64,000 nt of DNA, taken from Thalia democratica. Its lineage: Eukaryota. The stretch spans positions 58,032,001 to 58,096,000 of the forward strand of contig OZ241832.1 of assembly GCA_965202585.1 (NCBI GenBank). The letters run 5' to 3'. Shown here in pieces: positions 1-12,346 of this stretch. Every line of letters starts with the position of its first letter. The stretch's first letter is position 1. The position numbers were made by a program, and so were the translations under genes. A model generated the notes under the pieces. That model did not search any database. It was not told the origin of the DNA and saw only the letters and a list, made by a program, of their open reading frames with translations.

Positions 1-889
1 TTATACATAATGCTTGGATTGTGGTTCAAGAAAACATTTAGCCTGAACTTTTTGGTAAGTAATATTTTTCAAGTTATAGTTTAAACTTGTAATTTAAATT
101 TCAATTAACTGCAAAAGAAAAAAAACTGTCTATCAGGTTGCCAATCTTTGGAGGAAAAAAAACCTAACCTGAATCAGCCTAAGTTATTGTGATAGTTAAA
201 AATGATAGTACGAGTAAAAAAATAAAACAATTTACTGCTAAATTTGAAAATTTAATAACAAAGCTGAATACTTTAAAAAAAATACAAATAAAATTATACC
301 TGGAAGAAAGTTCTTAGCTTTCATTAAAAAATTGGTTTACGTCCTTGTACTTAACCTAAGTTTTAGGATACATTCAAAAAAATTTTTAGTTTTACAAAAA
401 TCTTTAAAGAAGCCTGAATTTTGAAACAGAACAAAAATTAGATTAAAATAGAACAAACTAGCCTTCGTTATTTGAGTCTAATGGCAAACTACAATTTATA
501 AGACCTTCAATATAGTGCAGTTTTTTTACAATAAGTAATCACAGAACTATATTGTTCTGAATTACCCTTAAAATTGTGAAAAACAAGAAACCCTCTAAAC
601 AGTCTCTTTTATAACTTCTGAAGCTTCATTTACTTTTTGAGTTTTATTCACTCAAATAAAAGTATGAACTTAATCGATAAGCTATAAGTTTTTTTTTTCC
701 GTTTGAGGTCAGTGTTAGTTTAGCTTGCTGGAATTCAGTTGAAACAATTTATTAAAATTAAGAATCTTTAAAATAGTAATAAATTAGTCTTTTCTAGGCA
801 AAATATTACAGAAGCTAAGCACGTTCGTGTTTTATTTAAATATTTAATTAATAAATATGTAAAATTAAAAGATTATTAAAAATAATCAC

Positions 890-1059
890 CCTTCTTTGGT
901 CACTGTGACATCATACACCCCTTCGGCCAGCAACCGCCAAAAATCCCCGTCCGCCGCTGACGTGACGTTGTGGGAAATTCCCTTCACCGAAACAACTGCT
1001 CCCTCGATGGGCTGCTTGTCGGTTGATGACGTCACGAAACCGTGCACCCCCTGGTTGAC
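890..1059 (-). CDS. CPD: CPD exon 15 (VNQGVHGFV...GDFWRLLAEGVYDVTVTKEG); the gene continues beyond position 1
   Basis: GD[FY]WRLL..G.Y.VT motif; 170 nt like exon 7; cag / GG|gtgatt. No downstream exon confidently found in 1-889. Confidence 0.93.
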
Positions 1060-4000
1060 CTGTGAAAATAAAATATTTGACCTGTGAAAATAAAACAAAC
1101 TAAATAAATAAAAAACAATTTGAGTGAAAATTAATAGACTGGAAACAAAAAGTGTGGTAAAAATTTGTGACTTTTATTTTTTGAACACTAAAAAAAATTA
1201 AAAATAAATATCTTGGGGGTATTACAATTGATAAACAAATCAAACATCTTAAATGACTAAATAAACAATATCAATGTATTACTAATAATATAATATAACT
1301 GTATTTTTGTTACTTTCTTCTATAACAAAGCATATATAAAAAATATGAATCACTAAAGTAATGTAATATTTGCAATTTATCAAAGTAAAATTATCATAGA
1401 CACTTAAATCAAGTTAGTTTTATATTCAAACATGTAACTTTGAGATCAACTTTATTTAAATATACTTTACGTTAACTTTTATTAACAAAAATATAGACTT
1501 TTTTAAAGTTTTAAATTAATTTATTCTATGAAATTACGATAAAAAAACACAATAAAAATAAATACTTATGAAACGTTTACTGGAAATCTTGATAAAAACC
1601 CTACGAGGCAGCAGATTGCCGAGGGAATCAATAAATTTAATGAGGTATTATTTCAAAATCAATATTTTTTTATTTGGTATTTCATCATATTTTACCTGCG
1701 ATCGATCGGATTTTGTTTGCCGCCGAAGGTTAAGAAGCAAGATAAGTGAGTTATAATAAAAAAAACAAACAGAACAAAACGAAACAACAAACAATCGCTT
1801 TCAGTTTGCAGAGGAAATCCTGTTAGGTCACGTTTGCTTACGTTTGCTTGTTCTATTTTTTGGTCAAAATTAACTAAACTGTTAATTTTATTGCAAATTT
1901 TAAACTTTTAACTGTTTGTTTTTTTGCTTAACATTTAATTTTAATATTTTTATTTTGTACTTTGTTGTTAAAAATTTACTTACTTTTTAAATTTGAATAA
2001 CTATTTAATTAAATTGAATTTAGTTGTCTTATGCATATTTCTAAATTGGTTGATAAAGTAATTTGTAAATTTTAAAAACAAATATTGTATTTATTTTTTT
2101 TTTAGCTTTAAAACTGTTTATCCATTGATCGAGTTTTTAAACAAGGATAGCACTAGATATATTGTTGTTTTTGTTTTAATACAATAATACACAACTAATA
2201 CTATTTATCAAACAAATTCAGTGTTTAAATATTTTTTGTAGTAAGATGTAAATATAAAAACTATCAATGTTGTTAAAAAAATAAACTTTTATTAAAAAAA
2301 AAAATAAACTAAATAAAAATATAAAATTATACTTAACTTAACGTCGTTAATGTTCAAGTTTAAAAATATTTTTCGACTCAAATTAGAAAATCCTACGCGA
2401 AAATAAATTCACGGCATAGTTTAGTAATTCATTACAACAACGTAATAAAATTACTGAGAGGATAAATAGTATAAAGAGCTTATATTATTAGTTCTTGTTA
2501 TGTTTGTTAACTTTTGCTAATTTTAATGTTTAACTTGTTTTCAGTAACAAATTTTTTTTTCTTAGTTTTTTTGAACACTAAAAACAAACAGTATAATTAT
2601 ATACTATATAAAAGGGTGAATAACATTATTTCTTTATACTTTCTTTAGCTAGATAAAGCTTTACTTAATTTGTAAATTTTTAATTAACTAATGTTACAGA
2701 CTTAAGCAATTTTTAAAAGTTTAATTTGAAATAGTTTTATCTGGTAACGAAATTGAAACCCATATACTAAAGTTTTTTTTCTTTTAAGTGTAAACCCAAG
2801 TCCTACACTTAACCTGGGTAAAAAGTTGTGTTCATTTGAACTTTGTATAAAAATATATTAAAAATTCGCTAACTTTAGATATTGATAAGAATTGTTAAGT
2901 TCAAGTTTAAAAACGTGATGTTTGAATCAAACCAGACTCACCTACGCAAAAACTACACTCATGTGATTATTTATTACATTAAATAGTACCAATGCATATA
3001 AATACATGTTTTGTAAAAGTCTTTTACGTATAAAAGCTGTAAAGATGTAAAATTAAATTTTAATACTTTTCAAATTGTCAACAAATCACTCAATAACTGT
3101 GTGTATGACTCTATACTATTTCTTATTCACAACTTGTCATGTTGAAATTTAAATATAATCAGTTAATTTAATGTTAAGTATAGATGTAATTGAGAATAGT
3201 ATACATTTTCTAATTTAAAAATAAAAGTAGATTTTATTTTTGATGAAAGTAAACGTTTATTTTTAATACTGTTATACTTTAAAGTTTTTATAAACAAACT
3301 AAAGATTTTTTCCTAATAAGTAATAAAGACTTATACTTGCTAGATGTACTCCAGTACATTCAAAAAAATTTTTTATCATAAATTACTCTTTTAAGAAGAG
3401 AAAATCAATATCAAATTTAGCTTGAAAAACGTGTTTCAAAAGCAGCTGCTGAGACTTTTGAAAAAACAAAAAACTGAGTTTTGAAAACTACTGACATTTC
3501 TAGTGTATTCAAAACAAACTGGTGAAACTTAAAAGCATCATTTGGTATAGTTGAAGTTTTTATTTTTAACAAAAAAAAAATTAGTTAAAAGTATATGATA
3601 TTTTGTACACAAAGCTTCTCTTTGTCTATTTCAAATGAAGATAGTACTTTAAATAATTTTGTTTTACAAGTTTTACATTTACGTGTTTGCTTTGTTAAAA
3701 AACTTTATTGCTTTTTTTATGTGTCCTCTTTTTACATGGTTTAAGATGTTTAGGGTCGAACGTAGGACAATAAAACTAATAATTAGTATATTTAAAAAGG
3801 TCGCTTTTATAAGGTTGTTGCAACTGATTAAGTGCTTAAAAAAAAATGATAAGCTCGCTTAACTTATTACCCCGAGCATAACAATTAAAATTCTTGATAC
3901 AAGACAAAAGTTTGTTTTTTTATAAATTTAAAAACTTTTTTTGTTTGATATACTTAAAATACTTCAAAATATTGTAAAACTGAAAATTGCTATTGAAAAT

Positions 4001-4076
4001 AATATGCAATTAATTATATACAAGAAGCTCAAAAACCATTAACTTTACTAAATAGCCATATTATATAATCATGTAC

Positions 4077-4219
4077 CTGCTTTATGTATTCAACCAAGGC
4101 CTTCTTGTTATCCGACCAATATTGTGGGAGAGTTTTAGCGTAGGGGAATTTGTAACAACCTAATTCCAGTGTTATTTCGAAACAGTTGGTATTCAGATAA
4201 TTGTAATCTTGCATTGAAC
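4077..4219 (-). CDS. CPD: CPD exon 14 ([25 protein letters not shown]...VEYIKQ)
   Basis: Catalytic Glu motif; 143 nt like the domain-I counterpart exon 6; cag / CAG|gtacat. Confidence 0.95.
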
Positions 4220-4856
4220 CTGGTAATTTGTTAGCAAATATTATTTTTATTGTTTTCTGGTAAAATTTATTGTTTATTTTTTTGGTTCTATTTTACTTAT
4301 TTACATTTCAAAACAGTTGGTTGTAAGATAATTGTAATCCTGGTAACTTATCGTAATTTTTTATTTAGCCGTATAATTAGATACTTTACTATTATTTTTT
4401 ACTGTGATTTTTTTTATATTACTTATAAATTACTACCTGATGTTTTATTGTTTTTTATCTGCATAATAACTATATAATTTTTTTTACAACATGTTAAACA
4501 ACTATACATACTACTGCATTTTTTTTATTTATAATTTTTTTAATACCAACAGATACTTTGCATTTTAATATCATTTTTATCGTTATTTTGTACATATTTA
4601 TACTTATGTCGTATTACTTGATATACATACAATTTAAACTTTTTTTTATCTACCTAAAATTACATCTATTCTCATTATTTTATTGTTACAATAGTTTTTT
4701 TTAAAAATTTATGTTAATTTTTTATACTTTAATACTACCTAATATTTTATTAATACTTTATTTTATTTTTTTCAACTACCTAATATTGTATTTTTTTTTT
4801 TTTTTGTTGTAATTCAAGACATTTTACATTTTATATTAATATTTTTTTTCAACTAC

Positions 4857-4896
4857 CTGATATTGAATACCACTCTGCTCCGTTTGTTATTCCTTC
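4857..4896 (-). CDS. CPD: CPD exon 13, 40-nt microexon (EGITNGAEWYSIS)
   Basis: GITNGA.WY motif; cag / G|gtagtt; phases match neighbours. Confidence 0.92.
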
Positions 4897-5289
4897 CTGT
4901 AAAAATATTAAATAATTGTAATTATAAATACTAAAATAGTTTAATAAATGTGTGGTAATAAGGTTATAATTTATTTATTTCTGAAAAAAAAATTAATATT
5001 TTTAATCATATATATATAATTTTTCAAATAATTTAAAAAAGGTGTAGAGATATGGGTAAAGTTCATTTCTTCCAGAATAAAAAAAAATGTATTAAAACAA
5101 AATAATTAAATTCATGTGTGTTAATATAGTTTATAGTTATTTCTTTTTGAAAAAATACTAACAATGGCAAATGAGTAATACACAAAACACAAACGCATAG
5201 TAATAAGATGTTACACCGTGATAAGTTATACTAAAACATTTTCTTCTTGAAAATACTTTGTCACTGGTCTATGAGTAAATTCTTCTTGA

Positions 5290-5640
5290 TTTTCTGATCT
5301 TTTTCCAGATTTTTAAAAGTACACGTTTTTGGGTCAGTTTTTAAGTTTAAAATTAAGGTTAAGGTTAAAAACTGTGTTAAGTAGTATAACAACATTAAAA
5401 AGATACTGTAAAGCTACTTTAAATGTGTTTTTAAAAAAATAAGTTTTTAATGGTGACAACATTCTTTTATTTATATGATAAATTTTTTGTTTCAAACCAA
5501 AATTTTAATACTTAACATGTGAAAGTTGTTTAAAATTATAGATTTTTCCAGGTTTTTCAGTGGTTTTTCTTCAAAATTCCAGGTTTTTTCAAAATTTCTC
5601 AAATTCAAGGTTTTCCGAGGATTCCAAGTTTTGTGGCAGT
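5290..5640 (+). mobile_element. hAT-like MITE family A, decayed copy in CPD intron 12
   Basis: Collinear with the 16352 element (aagtttaaaattaag, aaaactgtgtt, tggtgaca, ttccaggttttt blocks); TIRs eroded. Confidence 0.6.
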
Positions 5641-7982
5641 ATGATAAATATGAAAAAATTAAGAGAAGCATATGTGGCAATTAATTCCAAAAATCCGTTG
5701 TTCCTCACTCAAAAATTGTAAACAAAAAATTAATTTTAGCATGTAAAAAAAGAATGAAAATTCGAACATAAATTGACAAATAAAAGTCTGATAATAAAAG
5801 TGCCAAATAAAACATTAAGCAGTTTAAAGAAAAACCTTTTAAATGTTTAGCCAAAAATAAACCAAACCGCAACTTAAACACACCTTTATTAGCTGTGTAA
5901 GTACGCTCACGTAAAAAACAAATAAAACTAATACTTTTCCGCATAAAAAGTCGGCACTTGCGTGAAAATTTAAGTTATAAATTAGTAGGTTAGCAAAAAT
6001 TTTACTTGACGATAAAAGTACGTACAAAAATAAATTTCAGAATTCACATATTTTAACTTATTTATTCGAATTTTTCTTTTTAATTTACACCTTTCTGCCA
6101 TTGAAAGTAACTTTTTTCCTCAAACTTATCAAAATCGTTATAAGTTTTATTTTATATTCAAACAATATTATTTGCCAATATAAGTACACAAAAAACATTA
6201 CACACCCCTGCAAGCATTTCTCTTGCAAATACGCAAACAAGACATTACTTTTCACATTTCATTTATACTTTATTAGTTAACGCATTACACCAACGGGTGC
6301 TTTTACTTAGCAGGTTTATATAATCTGCAATAGCAAGCGTACTTATTAGCACATGATTTTTAATGAACCTACGATTTTTTTAATTAATGTCCTTATAAAT
6401 ACACGTTAGAATGAAAAATAAACTTCACCTTTGTGAATTCAAGATTACTAAATTTTACTTGCATAAAATTTTAAGCGTAATTTTGGATGTTTTACAAGGA
6501 CTTACAAGTTAGATTGGAAAGGTAACTTACACGTTTTTTATTCCATGTGGAATAAATGTTTTTGGTGTTTAATTTTTTTTTAATATTATTTTACTATTTT
6601 TAATGGGGTAATTAACGTTTTGAGGTGGAGCTTTCGGACAAGCTTTTGTTTTTTGTAAAACTTTTTTTTATAAGACTAAAGCTTCACAAGATGCGAGATA
6701 ATATAATAAAAGTTAGACTAAATAATAGAAAGAATATTACTTTATGTTTAAATAAGTATTTTAATTAATGAATTTAATTGCCATACTTTTATTAATTGTC
6801 ATTTATTTTTTAAATAGTCATTTCATGAAGAGTTATTTAAAAAAAAATTATAAAACTTTATTTACATATTGCATTAAGATTTTTTTCAAAATGTTAAAAA
6901 AAGTTACATAAAATTATTATCTAACAAAAAGTTAATAAACTTTAAAGCTTAATTAGTTTTTACTTTCTTTTATTTGAAACTTTTTTAATAATAAAAGTTA
7001 AAGTTTATTTTTTGACTATTTTGGTTAACACTCTTATGTTATTATTTTATTTTTAATTAACTTTGAAATGGATATATTGAACAGTCAACTAAAGCAAAAA
7101 GGCAAAAACTCTTCCATACTGTAAATATTAAAAATATTCCATCCATTTAATTAATGAAATTTTCCAATAACTCACAGTAAAATGTTTGTTGTCACTAATT
7201 AATCATTTAATTTAAATATTTCAATTTTTATTAAACTCACAATGAATTTTTTGTTGTTAATTTTAAATCAACAAATATTTTTTTTTAACTAACAGTGAGA
7301 TAATTCAAATTTAATTTTTTATATTTTATTTATTTTGAGTGAAATGCTACTTTAACTAATTTTTATTTCATTCTTTTCTTAACTAAACTCCTAGATTTTA
7401 TTTTTAATTGTTTAAATTACTACTATTTTTATAATAAAAACAACTCACAGTGAAATTTTGATAAGTAGCTAATTAATTTTTATTTTATTTATTTATTTTA
7501 ACTAACATTGAAATGCTCGTTGTAGCAAATTTTATCAATCTTTATTTAACTAATACTTATTTTATTTTTTAATTAATATTTATTTAATTATTTAGTATTA
7601 TTATTTTCTAATGTTTTAACTCACAGTGAAATGCTCGTTGTAGCAAATTTTATTAATTTTTATTTATTTTATTTTTTGACTCACAGTGAAATGCTCGTTG
7701 TAGCAAACTTTATTAATTTTTATTAAACTAATATTTATTTTATTTTTAATTAATATTTATTTAATTATTTATTATTATTATTTTCTAATATTTTAACTCA
7801 CACTGTAGCAATTTTATTAATTTTTATCTATTTTTATTAATTTTTATTTATTTAACTATTTATTATTATTATTTTCTAATGTTTTAACTAACAGTGAAAT
7901 GCTCGTTGTAGCAAAATGGTTATTCATTATTTTAATTTTTTGATAATTTTTAATTTTTATTTATTATTTTTATTTAACTAAC

Positions 7983-8147
7983 AGTGAAATGCTCGTTGTA
8001 GCACGGGTTTCCTTTCCACATGGTGGCGTGGTTCACCGAGTACTCACGTGACAAATGCTTGAAAGTGACGTCATCAGCGCACACTTGCGACCCCTTGCGG
8101 CGGTGCCTGTCGAGCGGGGAGTACTCGTCGTACGGGTAGTTGGCCAC
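7983..8147 (-). CDS. CPD: CPD exon 12 (VANYPYD...ADDVTFKHLSREYSVNHATMWKGNPCYNEHFT)
   Basis: VANYPYD, DDxxF and H..M..G.PC motifs; cag / ACT|gttagt; 165 nt, phase 0 to 0. Confidence 0.95.
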
Positions 8148-8599
8148 CTGTTGCCATGGCGATGAAAAAATAAGTTTTTTCGTTTGAAGTATTTAGTTAA
8201 ATATTATAAGTGTCTTTTTTTTTGGGGAAATATTTCTTTTATAAATAATTTTAGTTTTTCTAACCTTTTGGTTTACATTTCTCGATTATAAAATGTTTTT
8301 AGTTTGAAGTTTGATTTTTTTTATTATTGACTAACTAAATTGTTACTAACAGTTGTTGTTACAGTTTAAGTTTTATTCTTTTTTTACTTAAAATGTTAAA
8401 TATTTTTTTTACTGAAATTAAAATTTGTGGTCATTTAGATGAACCACAATTTTGTTGAAAATCATAAGACTAATATACATCAATAAAATTTTGTGTTTTG
8501 AAACTTTTTGTTAGTCATTACAAATAAACTAAAACAAGACTTGTATTACGTATTTAATGAACAAAAACTTACTTGGAACAAGCGATCAAAACAAGATAT

Positions 8600-9480
8600 A
8601 AGCAAAAGTAATTTTTTGTAAATAGTTTATTCTAAGAACTGTTTTTAAAATGTAAGCTTAATTCTTATAATAAAAAGCAAGATAACAAGAGTTCAATTAC
8701 TTATATTGGCACTCAATACAAACTTACTTATAAGAAAAAACTATTATTCTTTAAGAACCAATAAAACATTCTAACAAATACTTAAATGCCATTTAATTAA
8801 CTTATATATATTATTATAGGGGTAGTAAGAGTATTGAAACAAGTTAATATTACATACAAATATAACTGAATACAAACTAACGAGACTTACGTAGAAGAAA
8901 AACTAACATTCCAATAAGTAAAAAAAAGTTATTAAATTAACTTAAATGATAGGAGTGTTGCAGTAAACTAATATTACATATTTGATAATAACAAAGGCTT
9001 TTAACAAGGAAAACAACGCAGATCAGCATTCAGCACAAACTAATTTGAAATAAACAACCAAAACAAAATGTTAGCAAAATGTTTTTTATAAATAGTTTAT
9101 TCTAAGAACTGTTTTAAAAATTTAAGCTTAATTTTTATAATAAAAAGCAAGATAACAAGAGTTCAATTACTTATATTGGCACTCAATACAAACTTACTTG
9201 TAAGAAAAAACTATTATTTTTTAAAAACCAATAAAACATTCTAACAAATACTTAAAAGCTATTTGACCAACTCAAATGATAGGAGTATTGAAGTAAACTA
9301 ATATTACATATTTAATTGCAAACAAATAGTTGATTTTTTGTAACTTTTGTATACTTAACAAAAAACTAACTAACAAGAATTTAATTAACATGCTAATAGC
9401 TGTAAAAAGTTATTAAAATAACTTAAATGATAGGAGTGTTGAAGTAAACTAATATTACTTATATAACTAAATACAAACTA
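8600..9480 (+). repeat. Nested tandem duplications filling CPD intron 11
   Basis: ~180-bp block at ~8615-8790 repeated at ~9085-9260; aaatgataggagt.ttgaagtaaactaatattac at ~8944, 9274 and 9424. Confidence 0.88.
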
Positions 9481-9482
9481 AC

Positions 9483-9663
9483 GAGGCTTCCGCCGTGCAA
9501 ATTAGCACTCAACACGAACGGGTACTGGTGCAACCAACCGATGACGTTCCTGGTTTCCGCCTGCATCGCTCCCTTCTGCAGGTTGTACTGGTCGGGAAAG
9601 TTCCTGTTCAGGTCGAAGTTCAACCCGTTGCTCCTGCCGCGACTCGAGGACCTGTCTCCCTCG
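9483..9663 (-). CDS. CPD: CPD exon 11 ([12 protein letters not shown]...[10 protein letters not shown]...[12 protein letters not shown])
   Basis: Hand translation gives DLNRNFP and [12 protein letters not shown]; cag / CTC|gttagt; 181 nt. Confidence 0.95.
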
Positions 9664-10479
9664 CTGCGTTGTTTTAATATTTTATTTTAAATAAGGTTCT
9701 TTTTTACTTGTTTATGTAAATTTATTTAATTCAAAATACTTCTACTTTGATGCTTTAAGTTTTTTTTTTGTTATATGAGTGTTTTTCGTGGTACAATACA
9801 CTAGCAAATCTGGTATACTAAAGACGTTGTTTTTTTTTGTGTGTAAAATTTTTGATTCCAACAGTCTGTTTTTGGTCTTTCATTTTAAATGATTTCTTAT
9901 AAAAAAGAAGAATACTAGTTAAAATGTTTACTGTTTGTTCAGGGTTTCATGACAATTCACATTCCTAAAAAATCTTTAAGAAACCACAACTTTAAAAGTT
10001 ACATATTTTCAAAAGAATCAAAAATGCTCATGCAGGTCTAAGTAATAAGATTATGATTTTAATATGCTAAAGTTAATAAACATTTTTTAATAAAGATAAT
10101 AAACAACAACCTAAAAATATTAAATTTCTTTCCCAAACAGTCATGCACCCATTCTTAGCTACTGTATTTTTTTATTGAAAAAAAAACGTAACCGTCAGGG
10201 TTTGTTACAAGTAATGTTCTATTTAATTGATAATCATATTTCTTAATCTCTTAAATATTTTTTTTAACTTTTGCAAACAAATTACAACATTCAAACCAAG
10301 CTCTTTATAGATTTTTCAATGTTAAGTAATGTTTTTTTATATCTCAACTTACATCTTATCTATTAAAAAATGTCGACAAATTCATTGCATTGTTTTATTG
10401 AGTAAAAATATTTTTAAAAATACATAAGTCTTTAAGACTTTTTAGCACAAGTAAGTAAATAGAAAACTTAAGAAGGTAA

Positions 10480-10626
10480 AAAGATATTACAGTAAAGCAT
10501 ATACATACAAGTTTTAAAGCTATATAAACGTAAATTACAATAATAAAAGCTATGAAAACGTTTGAAGAAAAATATAATTTATATAGCTATAAAACTTGTA
10601 TGTATATGCTTTTTTGTAATATCTTT
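10480..10626. other. Long inverted repeat (hairpin) in CPD intron 10
   Basis: Arms 10480-10528 and 10578-10626 are reverse complements with about 3 differences. Confidence 0.88.
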
Positions 10627-10819
10627 ATACCACCTTAATATTTCAATTCATCTACTTATGCATATAAATCTTGTGTGTTTAATTTTCACAAAATTCTTAT
10701 CTTAACAGTATTTATTCCTTATTTTTTATAAAACTCATTATGACGTATCCATTATCTAGCTTTTGTACATGTTAGTATTATATTTCATGGCTTACTTCAA
10801 CACAGCAGTAGCTGATAAA

Positions 10820-11160
10820 TGTGTTTTGAAAAATATTTTCTACTTAATAAAACAACGCAATGAATTTTTCGACATTTTTTATAAAAATTTGTACCCCGTG
10901 AAAGATATTTAAAACTTTTTATTTATTTGTTTATTTATTTATATTTATAACATTTTGTTAAGTTATTTTTCGAACAAAAAAACAAAGTTAAGTAATATTT
11001 AAATAATAAGTGTGTTTTGAAAAATACATTCCACCTAATAAAACAACGCAGTGAAATTTTTTATTAAGTAGATTTTTATTTAATAATATAAATTTAATAT
11101 TTACATTTTTTATTAAAATTTGTACCCCGAAAAAATCATTTAACATTTTATCTAATTTTA
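10820..11160 (+). repeat. ~190-bp tandem duplication in CPD intron 10
   Basis: tgtgttttgaaaaata...taataaaacaacgca...aaatttgtacccc repeated at ~10820-10910 and ~11011-11130. Confidence 0.85.
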
Positions 11161-11182
11161 TCAACGAAAATAAAAAACAAAC

Positions 11183-11369
11183 ATCGCGACTTCGTAGCCG
11201 TCGGGATTCATGCTGGGCATCAGGTGGATGCGGGTCGCGTCCACCACCCTCTTAACGTCGTCTATGACGTCATAGTTGACCAGCAGGTACTCCATCAGGT
11301 TCAGGATCAGCTCCCTGCCGACCACCTCGTTGCCATGCATGTTACCCACGTACTTGAACTCCGGCTCGC
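11183..11369 (-). CDS. CPD: CPD exon 10 ([19 protein letters not shown]...[17 protein letters not shown])
   Basis: Canonical [18 protein letters not shown]; cag / AT|gtttgt; 187 nt. Confidence 0.96.
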
Positions 11370-12346
11370 CTGCGAAATTCATTTTATTTATTTATTATTA
11401 AAAAAATTAACAGTTTAGCGTGTTGTTATTAATTAATTGCGATGTAATTTTTGCTGTTTGCTTTTAAACAATTAAAAAGTTAATTTTTTTTTGCTCGCCT
11501 GCGAAATTTATTTAATTTATTTATACTTATATATATTTATATATAAGTATTATATAGTGTTTATTATTATATGTATTTATATTGTAATTTGATTGCAAAG
11601 AAAAACAACTAATAAGTTTTTATATTGACGTATGTTTTTTTTTCGAACAAATATTACAAGCTTTAATTATTTTTTATTTATTTACATGCTAAGTAAGCTT
11701 TTTTTTTGCATATTTCATATGTATTTGAATTTCGACTCGCCAGGAAATTTATTCATTCTAATATTTATTTATTTCAGTATTTTTATTGTTAGCGATGTAA
11801 ATACATAACTTTTTATTTGCTTTTGAACAATATTTTTTTTTTTGCACATTTTTTCATATACATGAATTCTGGCTTCCTTGTTAGGTGAAAGCTTTTTTTT
11901 ATAACTTGAGGTTTTCATTATTCACAAAGTAAAATATTATAAGTTTTAAAATTGGATTTTTGGTCCGTAACCATCTTTTATTAAAACTAAACGCTTTCAT
12001 ATACTTCCTTTACAATAACTTATTTTGAAATTTATAAGTGTAGAGAATATTTTAAAACTAATACTACCAAATTAAAATTAACTCTGCAAAAATTTATTTA
12101 AACAAACCGGTTCGGTTAAAACTTGGGTTATCAGATATTTAAATCAAAAAAATATATAATAATTCTAATTTTAAACTTTTAAGTGTCAAGTATACGAGAC
12201 ATGAAAAAATAAATTATTTTTGTAAAAATATACTAGGTTCGCGAGCGCCTACTACCTAGGTAGTGTAACAATTCGCTTTAAGTTGTTATATTAAAGATTA
12301 TACTGCTAAATAGTTAAACAAATAAAAAATATTAATCTCAACGTAC

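Noticed and set aside
1-60. Possible next CPD exon after aagttcag at ~43
   Set aside because: The frame is open but the peptide does not resemble the expected GY...V continuation; not supportable.
7168-7990. Regularly spaced 25-nt repeats resembling a CRISPR array
   Set aside because: Eukaryotic intron; the repeat is the CPD exon 12 end, spacers are related AT-rich sequence, and there are no cas genes.
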